Shown here in pieces: positions 24,820 to 37,584 of a DNA stretch of 64,000 nucleotides. Source of the DNA: Squalus acanthias. Lineage: Eukaryota. The DNA is taken from the NCBI GenBank assembly GCA_030390025.1, contig CM059432.1, positions 91,390,001 to 91,454,000 of the forward strand, given 5' to 3'. The notes under the pieces are model-generated. The model did no database searches, was not told the DNA's origin, and was given only the letters and a program-made list of their open reading frames with translations. Every line of letters begins with the position of its first letter. Within the stretch, counting starts at the first letter, position 1. Made by a program: the position numbers and the translations under genes.

Positions 24820-26586
24820 TGTTTGCTAATTGCAGTCATGCCCTCTCCAAGCTCATCTTGTCCACGAGACCCACCTCCTGCTCCTTCGACCCTATTCTCA
24901 GCAAACTGCTGGCCACCCAACTTCCCTATGGCCACCCATGTTAGCTGATATTGTTAATGGTTCCCTCTCCTCAGGTACTGACCTCCTCCATTTTAAATCT
25001 GCTGTCATCAGCCCCCTCCTCAAAAATCCACCCCTAAACCCTTCTGTCCTTGCAAACTACTGCCCCATCTCCAATCTACCTTTCCTCTCCAAAGTTCTTG
25101 AAAGTGTTATCGCCTCCAAAATCCGTGTCCATCTTTCCCGCAACTCCATGTTTGAAAACCTCCTATCAGGTTTCCATCCCTGCTGCAGCACTGAAATGGG
25201 CCTTATCAAAATCATAAATGACATCCTATGGGAACTATCACTCCTCATCTTTCTCGACCAGTCTTCAGCCTTTGACATGGTTGACCAATGTTCCCGCTAA
25301 TTTTTGTTTGGGTGCACTGCCCCTTTAACGGGCTGCGCAGCCCATTCAAATTTCCATGCATCCACGGTTTTTCCATCTAAAAGCCGCTGAGCGGCCTGCG
25401 CGGGACCTCCAGATATGGCCGCGCAGCTTAACGGGAACATTGTTGACCACACCATCCTTCACCAATGCCTCTCCTCTGTTGTCCAGCTGGTTGGAACTGC
25501 CCTCGCTGGTTCCATTCCTATCTAGTCAGTCTTAGCCAGAGAAGCTCCTGCAGTAGCTTTTCTTCCAGCTCCCACACCATTACCTCTGGAGTCCCCCAAG
25601 AATCTATCCATGGCCCCCTCCTATTTCTCATCTACATACTGCCCCTCGGCGTCATCATCCAAAAACACATCAGATTCCACATGTACGCTGATGACACCAC
25701 CACCTCTCTTGACCCCTCCACTGCCTCTGATGTATCAAGCTGCTTGTCCGACATTCAGTATTGGATGAGCAGAATTTTCTCCTATTTAATATTGTGAAGA
25801 CCAAAACCATGGTCTTCAGTCCCCTCCATAAACTCCGTTCCTAAGCCACCGACTCCATCTCCCTCCCTGGCCACTGTCTGAGACTTACCCAGACTGTTCG
25901 CAACCTCGGCGTCCTATTTGACCCTGAGCTGAGCTTCGCTTCCGACTGCGTATCCTCTCCATCACCAAGACCACCCACTTCCACCTCTGTAACATCACTG
26001 TCTCTGCCCTTGCCTCAGCTCATCTGCTGCTGAAACCCTCAACCATGACTTTATTACCTCTGGAATCATCTATTCAAATGCTCTCCTAGCTGGCCTCCCA
26101 CCTACCACCCTCCGTAAACTTGAGCTCATCCAAAACTCAGTTGCCCGTATCCTCACTTGCACCAAGTTCCATTCACCCATCAACTTGTGCCTGCTGACCT
26201 TCATTGGCTCCTGGTCCAGCAACACCACGATTTTAAAATTCTCATTCTTGTGTTCACATCCCTCCATTGTCTCACCCCTCCCCATCTCTAACTTTCACCA
26301 GCCCTACAACCCTCTGAGATCTCTATGCTCCTCCAATTCTGGCCGCTTGTGCACCCCGATTTCCTTCGCTCCATGTTTGGTTGGCGTGCCTTCAGCTGCC
26401 AATGCTCTAAGCTCTGGAATTCCTTCCTGAAACCCCTCTGCCTCTCTCTCCTCCTTTAAACCTACCTATTTTGGTCAACTGCCCTAATGTGGCTGGGTGT
26501 CAAATTTTGTCTGATAATACTCCTGTGAAGTGCCTTGGGATGTTTTACTATGTTAAAGGTACTATATAAGTGCAAGCTGTGGTTGT
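24820..26586 (+). mobile_element. Decayed L2 LINE
   Basis: ISNLPFLSKVLE, GVPQ..GPLLFLIY, MYADD, LELIQNSVARIL and an L2-type 3' end. Confidence 0.85.
25286..25442. mobile_element. 157-bp MITE inside the L2
   Basis: 15-bp TIR CAATGTTCCCGCTAA / TTAACGGGAACATTG; TTGAC duplicated on both sides. Confidence 0.85.
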
Positions 26587-26719
26587 GACAAAGTTGTAAG
26601 TGCTGGTACAGGTGAGAAAAAGGACAATGCAGGTTGAATGATGCAAATATGTGTCAGATTCATGGGGCTACGTGTTTGCTTTCATAGCATAATCACAGCT
26701 GAACGGATGTCCATTATAG

Positions 26720-26910
26720 AAAGTCAGTGATCGATTACTTTCACTCCACCCAGCCAGCCTGTATATCAGCTCCCTCTAAGTCTCCACCTTTTCCTCCTCC
26801 TGGGAGACTACAGTTCTCTGATTCCCTGCTTAGGATGCTCCGTAGCAACTCCTCTCCCGATGGCCAGATTGTGAAGCATGCAGCACGCAGTCGTGATCAT
26901 GTTCACTTAT
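26720..26910 (-). pseudogene. Harbinger transposase C-terminal remnant, probable partner of the 22860-24780 Myb remnant
   Basis: ITTACCMLHNLAIGRG on the minus strand, convergent with the Myb remnant. Confidence 0.6.
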
Positions 26911-27448
26911 GCTGAACATTAGTGCAACATCCCTCCAAAAAGTTGCTAAATATGAAAGGTAGATAGAGCCTGCCGAGTTACTCATTTTTTCTTTTAAATT
27001 GGACTGATATATAAAAGTGGAGATGTAATCATATTTTACAATAAATATACAATATGAAATGTGAGCAAGCTTTAATTTTCTTCAGTCCTCATTCATTTTG
27101 TTTGAATTTCAAATAACTAATCTTGTTACTTCAAACACATTAAAGTTCAACATAGCTTTTGCATAATTTTGATTTAATTAGAATTTTGCTAAAATTAAAC
27201 TAAATATTTATTGGCTACTTCGCTGTAGTTTTCATTTCAAACTAGTTGCCATCAAACCTAATCTGTTCATTCATTCTAAGGCTGTAATGCCTCTCATGTA
27301 ATAATTAATTTCAGCCGTGTGATTAATTTCCCTTCAATTCAAGGACAAAAATGTCTTTAGTTCCCATTGAAAATAAACTAGAAATTCTTACAAGTAAAAA
27401 CGGACTTAAAAAATCTAATTCTATAAATATTAAAAAGTAAATGACAAT

Positions 27449-28192
27449 GGGCCAGAAATTCGGATCTCCGGCTTCCCGCGGGTGCAAGAATCGCGCGCGT
27501 ACTTACCTAGCGCGCCTGCCGTTGTGCTTCGGGCCCGCGTGGAATTCAGCTCCTGGGCCTCCTCCAGCTGCCGGTGCGCAGTGCTCGCGTATCCCAGGGG
27601 CGCAGTTAGTTCGAAGCGTCCCCTGGGATCACGTGGGCCATGGAGAGCCAATCGGAGCAGGGAATCTCCATTCATAGATTTTGACAGGAAGACCTGTCAA
27701 ATCTATGAATAGAGATCGGCCCCAAAACCTCACTAAAACTTCAAATAAAAAATCACATTTTTAAAATAACTATAAATTACATAAATTAACTACTTTAAAC
27801 AAAAACTTAAATTTTTGAAAAAATTAATTACACTTTTTAACGGTGCTAAAAATAAACTTACCTTTCTTTAAAGTAGGTAAAAAAGATAAACTTGTTGAAA
27901 AAAATGTTTAAATTATACTTACTTCACCACTTACCTTGTTAAAAGCAGGCCTTGCGCCTCCTTTTTTCCTGCGCAGCTTCTCCGGACTGACCCTCACGGA
28001 GAAACCTGAAAACAAAACGAAGTTCAAGGTCTACGCGCTGCCTCTCCAGCGCACGCGTTCGACCTCTGAACCCCTTCCTTCAGGGGAACGGAAGTTCCGG
28101 TTTCCAGCGCATGCGCGAAACCGGCACTTTCGTTGGGTCTACGGGTGAGTACCCAGCGCATACTCACCCGTGGAGACACGAATTTCTGGCCC
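27449..28192. mobile_element. Harbinger-type MITE
   Basis: 21-bp TIR GGGCCAGAAATTCGnnTCTCC, GC-rich arms, AT-rich core; flanks AAT/ATT. Confidence 0.8.
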
Positions 28193-28199
28193 ATTGTTA

Positions 28200-28952
28200 G
28201 GGGGAAAAATTCGGTTGATTTGTGCCTCCTGTTAGCACCCTAAGAGGGCGCTAATGGGGTGCAAAGCAACTAGCGCCTGGGCGTGGCACTGCCAAAGCCT
28301 CCCGCGAAATTCAGCGGGAGGTTAGTGGCGGTGGTAACCATTAGCACCCCGCAGCGCTACACTGCCAGCGATGACGTCATCGCCGTGCGCAGCACCCCAG
28401 CTGCAATCTTCGGTAGCGCCCTGACTTACCGCCGGACGCTATGTCCGATGGGGTCAAGGGGGCCTACCTGCGGCCGGGGTGGCACAAATTAAAGGGAAGG
28501 TGTCGGGCGGCCATTTTGGTTGCTGGCTGCCTGTCAGCACCTGCCCGCTTTGCCATCCCCGGCCTTCTGAGCAACCCCCAGGGAATGTCGGCTGCGCTCC
28601 GTGAGCCAGGCACTTCTAGAGTGCTGGGCTCTTTTGCCGGCACTCCGATCTCTGGTGGCCCAGCTGGGCCCCGGGTCATGCTGCGCTAGGCCCCTCCCCT
28701 TTAATAAGGGGAGGAAGGCCTGCAGTACTGTGGCATTAAGTGCCACAGAGCATGGTGCTGCAGCACGTAGCTTCGCGATATTCACTCACAGCACCCCAAG
28801 AGGGAGGCGCGGCACTTCCAGTAGCACCCCACCTCCCTCTTGGGGCGCTACCGGGAATTTCAGGCGCGGGGGCGCTAACTTTTTCAGGGTGCTAAAAGCA
28901 GCGCCCCGGCAAAGTTGGCACCCCAAAGGGGGCGCAACCCAATTTTTCCCCC
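28200..28952 (+). mobile_element. Harbinger MITE related to H1 (copy 1)
   Basis: GGGGGAAAAATT / AATTTTTCCCCC ends and subterminal sequence shared with H1 and with 43140-43827. Flanks TTA/GCA do not match. Confidence 0.85.
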
Positions 28953-28955
28953 GCA

Positions 28956-31900
28956 GACCGTGAAATTCGGCACCTTAGCGCCGGCTGATAATGCTGGTTT
29001 TGTAGGAAAAATGGCGGCCGCCTCACTTCTGCTCACTTCTGGCAGGTCCTGCGGCGGCCGCCATTTTGGGCAGGTCGGCAGCGCAGCTGTTGCCTGCAAC
29101 ACTACAGAAATGGTAATGAGGCAGATCGTGACGTCAATCAGTGTGCAACACTGATTTGACGCACGACCTGCGATTTTTAACGTCGCCGCTCCATTCAACG
29201 CCCTCTCCAAATCACGAACAGCTGAACATGAGCGTGGCAGCAGGAAGGACCCCCCACCAGCGCTAATTAAAGGGATCAGCAACAACTTGCAGCTGCCTTG
29301 CTTTTGGATTTGCATTGGCTCTGTGTAAGTTTGTGCAACTGTTTGGAGCTTTGTACAGTTATTTAAAGTTGCTGAGGTGACTGGGAGTGTTGCTGCAATT
29401 GGAGAACGACTTGCTTCTGATTTAAAGGGTTCTGCTCACACCACTTGCTCCCAGTCATGGGGGCTCTACTTGCAGTCTCCCTCATGCTTAACAGGGAGAT
29501 GGAGCAGAGGCAGCGAAGAGGAGGACAAGCTGCTCGCAGGGGGAGGAGGAGGAGGGCTCTCAGCAGGAGGCCTTACCCACCTAGGGTCGTCCGAGAGCAC
29601 TTCTCCTACCTGCACTTAACCCGGGAGTAGTGTATTCGGAGGCTCTGCTTCACCAAGGAGGTGGTCACAGAACTCTGCCACCTCCAGGAACCAGACCTGC
29701 AGCCTCAGAGCAGGGTGATGATGGCACTGCCAGTGGCCCTCAAGGTCACCATGGCCCTGAATTTTTTCACCAGCGGATCCTTCCAGGCTGGAACAGGCAA
29801 CATAGCAAACATCTCGCAGTTCGCCATCCATCACTGCATCCAGGAAGTCAGAGGCTCTGTACCCCAGAAGGGACTTTATTGTCTTCTCTCTAAACAGAGA
29901 GAAGCAGGAGGAGCGCGCACGTGCCTTTACCAGGATATTGGGCCTCCCTATGGTGCAGGGCACCATCAACAGCACACACGTGGCTTTGCGGGCACCGCAT
30001 ATCAATGCTTTGATGTACCGTAACCGCAAAGGCTACCACTCACTTAATGTGCAGTTAGTTTGCGACCACACCAAGCACATCATGATGTTGAATGCCCAGT
30101 ATCCTGGCAGCAGTCATGATGCCTTCATCCTGCGCCAGTCCAGTGTGCAGCAATCTTCCAGCCACCACGTCAAACCAGAGGGTGGCTGATCAGAGACAAG
30201 CGCTATCCGTTCTACACCTGGCTGATGACTCCCCTCCGCAACGTCACCACTCGTGGCCAGCACTCAGTGACAGCACTGCTGCCACCAGGAACATCATCGA
30301 GTAGACCATCAGGCTTCTGAAGCAACAGTTCCGCTGCCTTGACCACTCTCCTCCTCCATAACATCGGCGCCTGGCTGTGCTGGTGGCAGTTCTTGGGTGC
30401 CTGAAAGGAGAAAGGCACAAGGTCGGGTGAGGGGAGTGGAGAAGCAAGATGCGCATGCTTACACCATTAGCAGCTTGTAAGTGAGAAGAGATTGTGCCGT
30501 GAGGAAGTGGGATGCGAGAAGAAGGATTAGGTATGAGCATACCGTCATCATCAGCAATGCTTTCAACCTCAACGCTCGCCACGGCCTCAGTGACGGCCCC
30601 TCCAATGATCTCCAGCACTGTGTCCTCCAGCTCAAGTCAGGTTTGAAGTCAGGCTTCCCCTCCGCCCGTCTGCTGCTGCTCACGGCGGTTGTGTGCAACC
30701 TTGGCCTGCAAGAGAAAGGGAAGTGTGTCAGTGCAATGTGTTTGGGTGATGTGCCTGTCATGTTTGAATAGCTTGCAGTGTGTGCAAGGTGTGAGAGGTG
30801 GGTGTCAGTCTTGCAGCAGTGATAAGTGTGTGAGGGTGAGGTGAAGCTATGATTGTGAGGTATGAGTCGTGATTGCTAGAGATTGTTGGTAGGTGAGTGA
30901 TGGGGGTGTGGTGCGTTGAGCAGTGTGTGAGGCTAGTGGTGCAGATGGTGGGATATGGCATTTGAAGATGCATTCACTCACCTTGACCACTCGTATGAGG
31001 TCATTAAACTTCTTGCGGGAATGGATCCAGGTACTGGGGACAAAACTCGTGGCACTGACAGCTTGTGCTATTTCCTCTCTCAGACTGCTGACGTGCTGCC
31101 TGGCAGGCTTCCTGCCCCCCTGTGGTAGAGGACCTGACATCCTCTGTGCACCCTCAGGACCAAGGCCTCCAGTGCGGCATCAGACAACCTCCTTGCCCAT
31201 CTCTCTTCCCTGTTGGGCCATAGCTTGAGAGTGCAGCGAGCACAGAGTGAACTACTGGGAGTTTGGTAAGTGTGGAAGTTTTAAGGGTTAATCGCTTTTA
31301 AAATTTAGTGTTAATTGCTTGTAGCTCTCAAGTAAGATCAACTGTTTAAGCTAAAATTTAAACTTTGAATTTTTAAGTTTCTTCAGGCTTAAGCAGAGAC
31401 AAACAAGCAAGCTCTCCTGCTGGAGAGCTGCTGTAGTTAGTTAATTAGCTAACTGGATTAAACTGGTGCTTGAAACAGTAGCAGAGCAGTGCTGACTCAT
31501 CCGAGTCACAAACAGTAAAAACACAGGGGCCTGTGAGTGCAGCCAGCACTGAGTGCAGCGAGTACAGAGTGAACTACTGGGAGTTTGGTGAAGTGGAGGA
31601 AGGAGGCGTTTGCTTTTCCTAACTTCTCCCGCAGAGCGGCGGTGGACCTGAGTGGGAGCAGACCGAGGCCTGAGAGTAGGGATAAAAGCAGCAGCAGACC
31701 TGCATCAATAAGAGAAAACGACAGTTTGACATCACAGGTAAGGCAGGTAAGTGATTGGTAGTGACTGTGGGCTAAATTTTAAGTTAACATAACTATTTTA
31801 AAAACTAAACTTAATTTAATTAATTTAATAAACTAAACGAGGTAAATAATTTGATTAACACTAAACTAATTAATTAAATAAAATTAAATAATGGGAGAAC

Positions 31901-34900
31901 AGGAGATGTGTTGTTGCTGCAATATGTGGGAGCTTGTGGACATTTTTGTCCAGGGTGACTACATCTGCGGCTCGAGGAACTTTGGCTCAGAGTTGAGGAG
32001 CTGGAGTCCGAGTTGCAGGGAGACATCAGGGAGGGAGAAAGTTACCTGGACCTTTTGCTCCAGGAGGCAGCCACACCCCTTAGATTAAATACTTTAGAAT
32101 TGACACGTGGTCAGGGACAGGAGGGTGTGACTGCGAGTGAGGCAGGTACGGGGATCCAGGAAGTAGTATTGCAGGAGCCACAGTCCCTGCACTTGTCCAA
32201 TAGATTCGAGGTTCTTGCAACCCTTGTGGACAAGTGCGGGGACTGCGAAGAGGACCAGCAAACTGACCACGGCACCGTGGTACAGGAAGCCATTCAAATG
32301 GGGAGAGTAAAAAGGAAGGTGGTTGCAGTTGGCGACAGTATAGTTAGGAGGATGGACACTGTTCAGGAGCGTGAGTCCCGAAGACTATGTTGCCTACCCG
32401 GTGCCAGGGTAAAGGACATCTCCTCCGGGCTGGAGAAGAACTTGGATTGGGAGGGGGAGGATCCAGTTGTCGTGGCCCACGTAGGTACCAACGACATAGG
32501 TAGGACAAAGAAAGAGGTTCTGCTGAGAGAATTTGAGCAGCTAGGGACTTAATTAAAAAGCAGAACCACAAAGGTCATAATCTCTGGATTATTACCGGAG
32601 CCACGAGCAAATTGATATAGGGTCAAAAGGATCAGGGAGATGAATGCGTGGCTCAAAGATTGGTGTGGGAGAAGTGGGTTTCGATTCGTGGGGCACTGGC
32701 ACCAGTACTGGGGAAAGAGAGCTGTTCCGTTGGGACGGACTACACCTGAACCATGCTGGGACCAGAGTTCTGGCGAATCGAATAACTTGGGAGGTAGCTA
32801 GGGCTTTAAACTAAATAAAGGGGGGCAGGGTCCCGGAAGAGAAAAATCTAGAATGCTAAAGAGAAAAGACAAGGAAGCAGTGCAGAAAAGTGATTGGGGT
32901 AAGGATAACCAGATTGTGTCAGGAAGGGACAGAGCGTACAGACAAAGGAGTGCACTAACAAATAGGGTCCAGGTAAGAAAAAATGGTAATAAGACAAATA
33001 GGGCCATAGTACAAAAAAATATTAAAAAGACGAATCTAAAGGCACTGTATCTGATTACATGAAGCACTCGTAATAAGGTAGACGAATTAACAGCGCAAAT
33101 AGATGTAAACGGATACGATATAATTGCGATTACGGAGACATGGCTATAGGGTGACCAAGGCTGGGAGCTGAATATCCAAGGATATTCGATATTTAGGAAG
33201 GACAGGCAAAAAAGAAAGGGAGGTGGGGTGGCGTTGTTAGTAAAGGATGAAATCAGAGCAATAGTGAGAAAGGATATTGGCTCAGAAAATCAAGATGTAG
33301 AATCAGTCTGAGTGGAGCTAAGAAGCACCAAGGGGCAGAAAACATTGGTGAGAGTTGTCTATAGGCCTCCAAACAGTAGTGGTAATGTAGGGGATGGCAT
33401 TAAACAGGAAATTAGAGATGCATGTAACAAGGGTACTACAGTAATCATGGGTGACTTTAATCTACATATAGACTGGCCAAACCAAATTAGCAATAATACT
33501 GTGGAAGATGAATTCCTGGAGTGTGTACGAGATGGTTTTCTAGACCAGTACGTTGAGGAGCCAACTAGGGAACTGGCTATCCTAAATTGAGTATTGTGCA
33601 ATGAGAAGGGGTTAATTAATAATCTTGTTGTGCGGGGTCCTTTAGGGAAGAGTGACCATAACATGTAGGAATTCTTCATTTAGATGGAAAGTGAAGAAGT
33701 CCAATCCGAAACTAGGATCCTAAATCTAAACAAAGGAAACTACGAAGGTATGAGCAGCAAGTTGGCTATGATAGATTGGGGAGCTTCATTAAAAGGCATG
33801 ACGGTGGATAGGCAATGGCTAACATTTAAGGAACGAATTGCAACAGTTATACATTCCTTTCTGGCGCAAAAACACAAAAGGAAAAGCGGCCCAACCATGG
33901 CTAACAAAAAAAATTAAGGATAGTATTAGATCCAAAGGGGAGTCATATAAAGTTGCCAGAAAAAGTAGCAAGCCTGAGGATTGGGAGCAGTTTAGAGTTC
34001 AGCAAAAAAGGACCAAGAGATTGATTAAGAGGGGAAAAATAGAGTTTGAGAGTAAACTTGCAAGGAACATAAAAGCGGACTGTAAAAGCTTCTACAAGCA
34101 TGCAAAAAGAAAAAGATTAGTGAAGACAAATGTAGGTCCATTACAGTCAGAAACGGGAGAATTTACAATGGGGAACAAGGAAATGGCAGAGCAATTAAAC
34201 AAATACTTTGGTTCTGTCTTCACGGAAGAGGACACAAATAACTTCCCAGAAATGCTAGGGAACCCAAGTGAGAAGGAGGAATTAAAGGAAATTAGTATAA
34301 GTAAAAAAAAGTGCTGGAGAAATTAATGGGACTGAAAGCCGATAAATCCACAGGGCCTGATAATCTGCATTCCAGAGTACTAAAAGAGGTAGCCATGGAA
34401 ATAGTGGATGCATTGGTTGTCATCTTCCAAAATTCTATAGATTATGGAACAGAAAGGCAGATTATTTAAATGGTGATAGATTGGGAAATGTTGATGTACA
34501 AAAGGGACCTGGGTGTCCTTGTACACCAATCACAAAGCAAACATGCAGGTGCAGCAAGCAGTTAGGAAGGCAAATGGTATGTTGGCCTTCATTGCAAGAG
34601 GATTTGAGTACAGGAGCAAGGATGTCTTACTACAGTTATACAGGGCCTTGGTGAGACCACACCTGGAGTACTGTGTGCAGTTTTGGTCTCCTTACCTAAA
34701 AGGATATACTTGCCATAGAGGGAGTGCAGCGAAGGTTCACCTGACTGATTCTTGGGATGGCAGGACTGTCGTATAAGGAGAGATTGGTTCGACTTGGCCT
34801 GTATTCACTAGAGTTTAGAAGAATGAGAGGTGATCTCATTGAAACGTATAAAATTCCGACAGGCTAGACAGACTGGATGCAGGGAGGATGTTTCCCCTGG

Positions 34901-35497
34901 CTGGGGGGGTCGAGAACTAGGGGTCACAGTCTCAGGATACGGGGTAGGACATTTAGGACTGAGATGAGGAGAAATTTCTTCACTCAGGAGGGTGGTGAAC
35001 CTGTGGAATTCTCTACCACAGAAGGCTGTGGAGGCCAAGTCACTGAATATATTTAAGAAGGAGATAGATAGATAGATTTCTAGACGCAAAAGGCATCAAG
35101 GGGTATGGGGAGAGAGCGGGAATATGGCATTGAGATAGAGGATCAGCCATGATCATATTGAATGGTGGATCAGGCTCAAAGGGCCGAATGGCCTACTCCT
35201 GCTCCTATTTTTCTATGTTTCTTTCTACAATGAGGTGCTTCTGAAACAAAGCACCTCCTCTTTAAGTAGCGCAGCGAGCTTGGGCCAAATTTTATTGGCC
35301 AGTAGACGGCACCTGATATTAGCCCCCTTGTCTAGCGCTACGCCAACCAGCAGCGAGTTTAAGCGCTGATATCAGCGCTCCAATCATCATAAAGAGCAGG
35401 CAACACGAATTTTGCGTGCTGCCTGCACCACTTTGAATGGGTGTGGGCACATCACGCTTCCAGAGTTCATTTTTCAGCTTTATTCAATTTCACCCCC
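28956..35497 (+). mobile_element. Decayed Harbinger (H3) with an internal deletion and a CR1 insertion
   Basis: Transposase remnants at about 29445-30350 (+). Myb exons at 30360-31220 (-; RKKFNDLIRVVK). Ends gaccgtgaaattc and caatttcaccccc. Confidence 0.85.
31225..35226 (+). mobile_element. CR1 with 5' UTR, ORF1 (Cys-rich plus SGNH esterase) and ORF2 lacking the RT core
   Basis: ORF1: VGDSIVR, CLPGARVKD, HVGTNDIG. ORF2 APE: YRPPNS, MGDFN. Near 34450 the sequence jumps from the pre-RT region to post-FADD sequence. Confidence 0.9.
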
Positions 35498-35537
35498 TAG
35501 TCCTTAACCCAGTTTTTTAAACTGCATTTTTCATCGT

Positions 35538-36478
35538 TGTAGGATCGATTCCTCCACCCCAACGGTAAAAATATTGGACAATGAAATATAAAAACCCAGA
35601 ACTGCAGAACTCGCAAAAAGGGCACGGCAATAAAGGGTTAATTCAAACATTGCAGCCGAAACTACGAATATAAAATCTAAACAAGAACATCCGCATATTC
35701 ATGTCCCTTAAGGGGTTACATTGTCCACCTTAGACCACGGTCCCTAAATAACTGGTTTCAGTGCAGGCCTAGATAATGGGCCGGGCCTTGAACCTTTTGA
35801 CTACGAATGCTAACAGAAACCAACAACTTCGCATATGCAGTCACTTTGGGAAGGTTGCATTGTCAGAAAGGAATCTCTAATCAATGAACAATACGAGGGA
35901 CATTAGCCATCGAGAGTTCTCTGCTGGAGACAATTCAAACATTTTGATATGGCCATCGCATGCTCAGGAGGGGGCCAGAAATACTGCAAGTTGGTTTTGG
36001 TTTAAAGTAAGATCACTTCGAAGACAGTGGTGTGGGAAGCCGACAGCAGAACAGCGAACAGAAAGATTCGGGCCTACAATCAACTCCAAGAGACAGCCGA
36101 TCGGGAGTGGTGATTGTATGTTTCAGTCAAATCATAGAGGGGGCTTTTATGATTGAGTCTGAGTAAGTTTGAGAGTTTCAGTCAGATCACAATAAGGGTT
36201 TTGTGATTGAGCCTGGGTAACTTTATATGTAACAGTCAAATCACAGACGGGTTTAACGGTCATATTGTGTCGATGCAAATGACCCTTGCGTAGGGGTTTT
36301 TATTTTGAGGTTGTTAGCCTGATATAAATCGTAGGGATTTATACTGGGGAAGTAATTGTGTGTGTGTGTTCAATAAACAAACGAATCAAAGGTTGAGCCA
36401 AAACCCTGTGCCGTGTGTATTTTGTTCTTATAAATCCTGACGTCCAAGAACTGTGTGTAACGGAGAAAACCCCTTACA
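35538..36478 (+). mobile_element. Possible solo LTR
   Basis: TGTA...TACA ends, AATAAA at about 36372, internal imperfect tandem repeat at 36120-36260; no clean TSD. Confidence 0.4.
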
Positions 36479-36610
36479 CCCTTTCTGGTACCCCCATGGT
36501 ATTCATCATTCCCTACCTCTACACAAAGACAGAACATGTGCACACAGGCTTCATTTGTGTTGCTTTGCAACTAGCTTGAAATAAAAACTACAGCAAAGTA
36601 GCCAATAAAT

Positions 36611-36649
36611 GAGTTCTGACGAAGGTTCCTCGACCCGAAACGTTGACTC
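36611..36649 (+). ncRNA. Minimal type I hammerhead ribozyme in a Penelope-like repeat (insert 36611-36712)
   Basis: GAGUU-CUGACGA-stem II-GAAA-CG-UU-GACUC; stem I GAGUU/GACUC; the insert is flanked by the 8-bp direct repeat CAATAAAT. Confidence 0.7.
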
Positions 36650-37184
36650 TGTTTCTCTCTCCTCGATGCTGCCTGACCTGCTGAGTGTTTCCAGCATTTT
36701 CTGTTGTTATTTCAATAAATATTTAGTTTAATTTTACCAATTCTAATTGAATCAAAATTATGCAAAATCAGTGTTTGACCTTTAAATGTGTTTGGAAGTA
36801 ACAAGATTTAGTTATTTGAAATTCAGACAAAAAGACAGGACTGTAGAAAAAGGAAATTAAAGTTTGCTCACATTTCATGTGCTGCATGCTTCACAATCTG
36901 GCCATTTAATCAGGGGAGTAGCACAGCTATCTTCCTATTTTCTCTCCTCGCTGTGGGGAATCACTGAGCCTCCTTTCTGCATCCCCATTTGATAGCAAAG
37001 CTGAGGTTAGGACACATCACATGGAGAACTGCAAGATAATCCCATGCTCTATCTTTACCTTTGTCACAGCTCACCACTAAATGCTCCACAACTGCACTAT
37101 TACTGAACCATTTTTATTGTCAAATATTGTTATGTTCCAAAACATTAGCCAGGTTTACTTGCCCACATTAATTTACAGCTGCAA

Positions 37185-37584
37185 TAGCAAAAGAATGCAG
37201 ATGCTGGAAATCTGAAATAACAGAAAATGCTGGAAACACTCAGCAGGTCAGGCAGCAATCAGTGGAGAGAGAAACAGAGTCAACGTTTCAGGTCTGTGAC
37301 CCTTTGTCAGAACTGGAAAAAGTTAGAGATGTAACAGATTTTAAGCAGGTGCAGAGGCAGGGAAAGTGGGGAGGGGAGGAAAGAACAAAAAGGACGGTCT
37401 GTGATAGGGTGGAAGGCAGGAGTGGTTAAATGTTGCAAATGGGGATGGCAGAATCATCAACACCTGCCACCTGAAAAAAATAGGGGCAGGGGTTCTAGTC
37501 TGAAATTGTTAAACTCAATGTTGAGTCCAGAAGGTTGTAAAGTGCCTAATAGAAAGATGAGGTGCTGTTCCTTGAGCTTACGTT
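37185..37584 (-). mobile_element. Penelope-like repeat fragment with a mutated hammerhead (about 37277-37315)
   Basis: Reverse complement of the 36611 repeat; the core reads CUGACAA...GAAACGUU. Confidence 0.65.
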
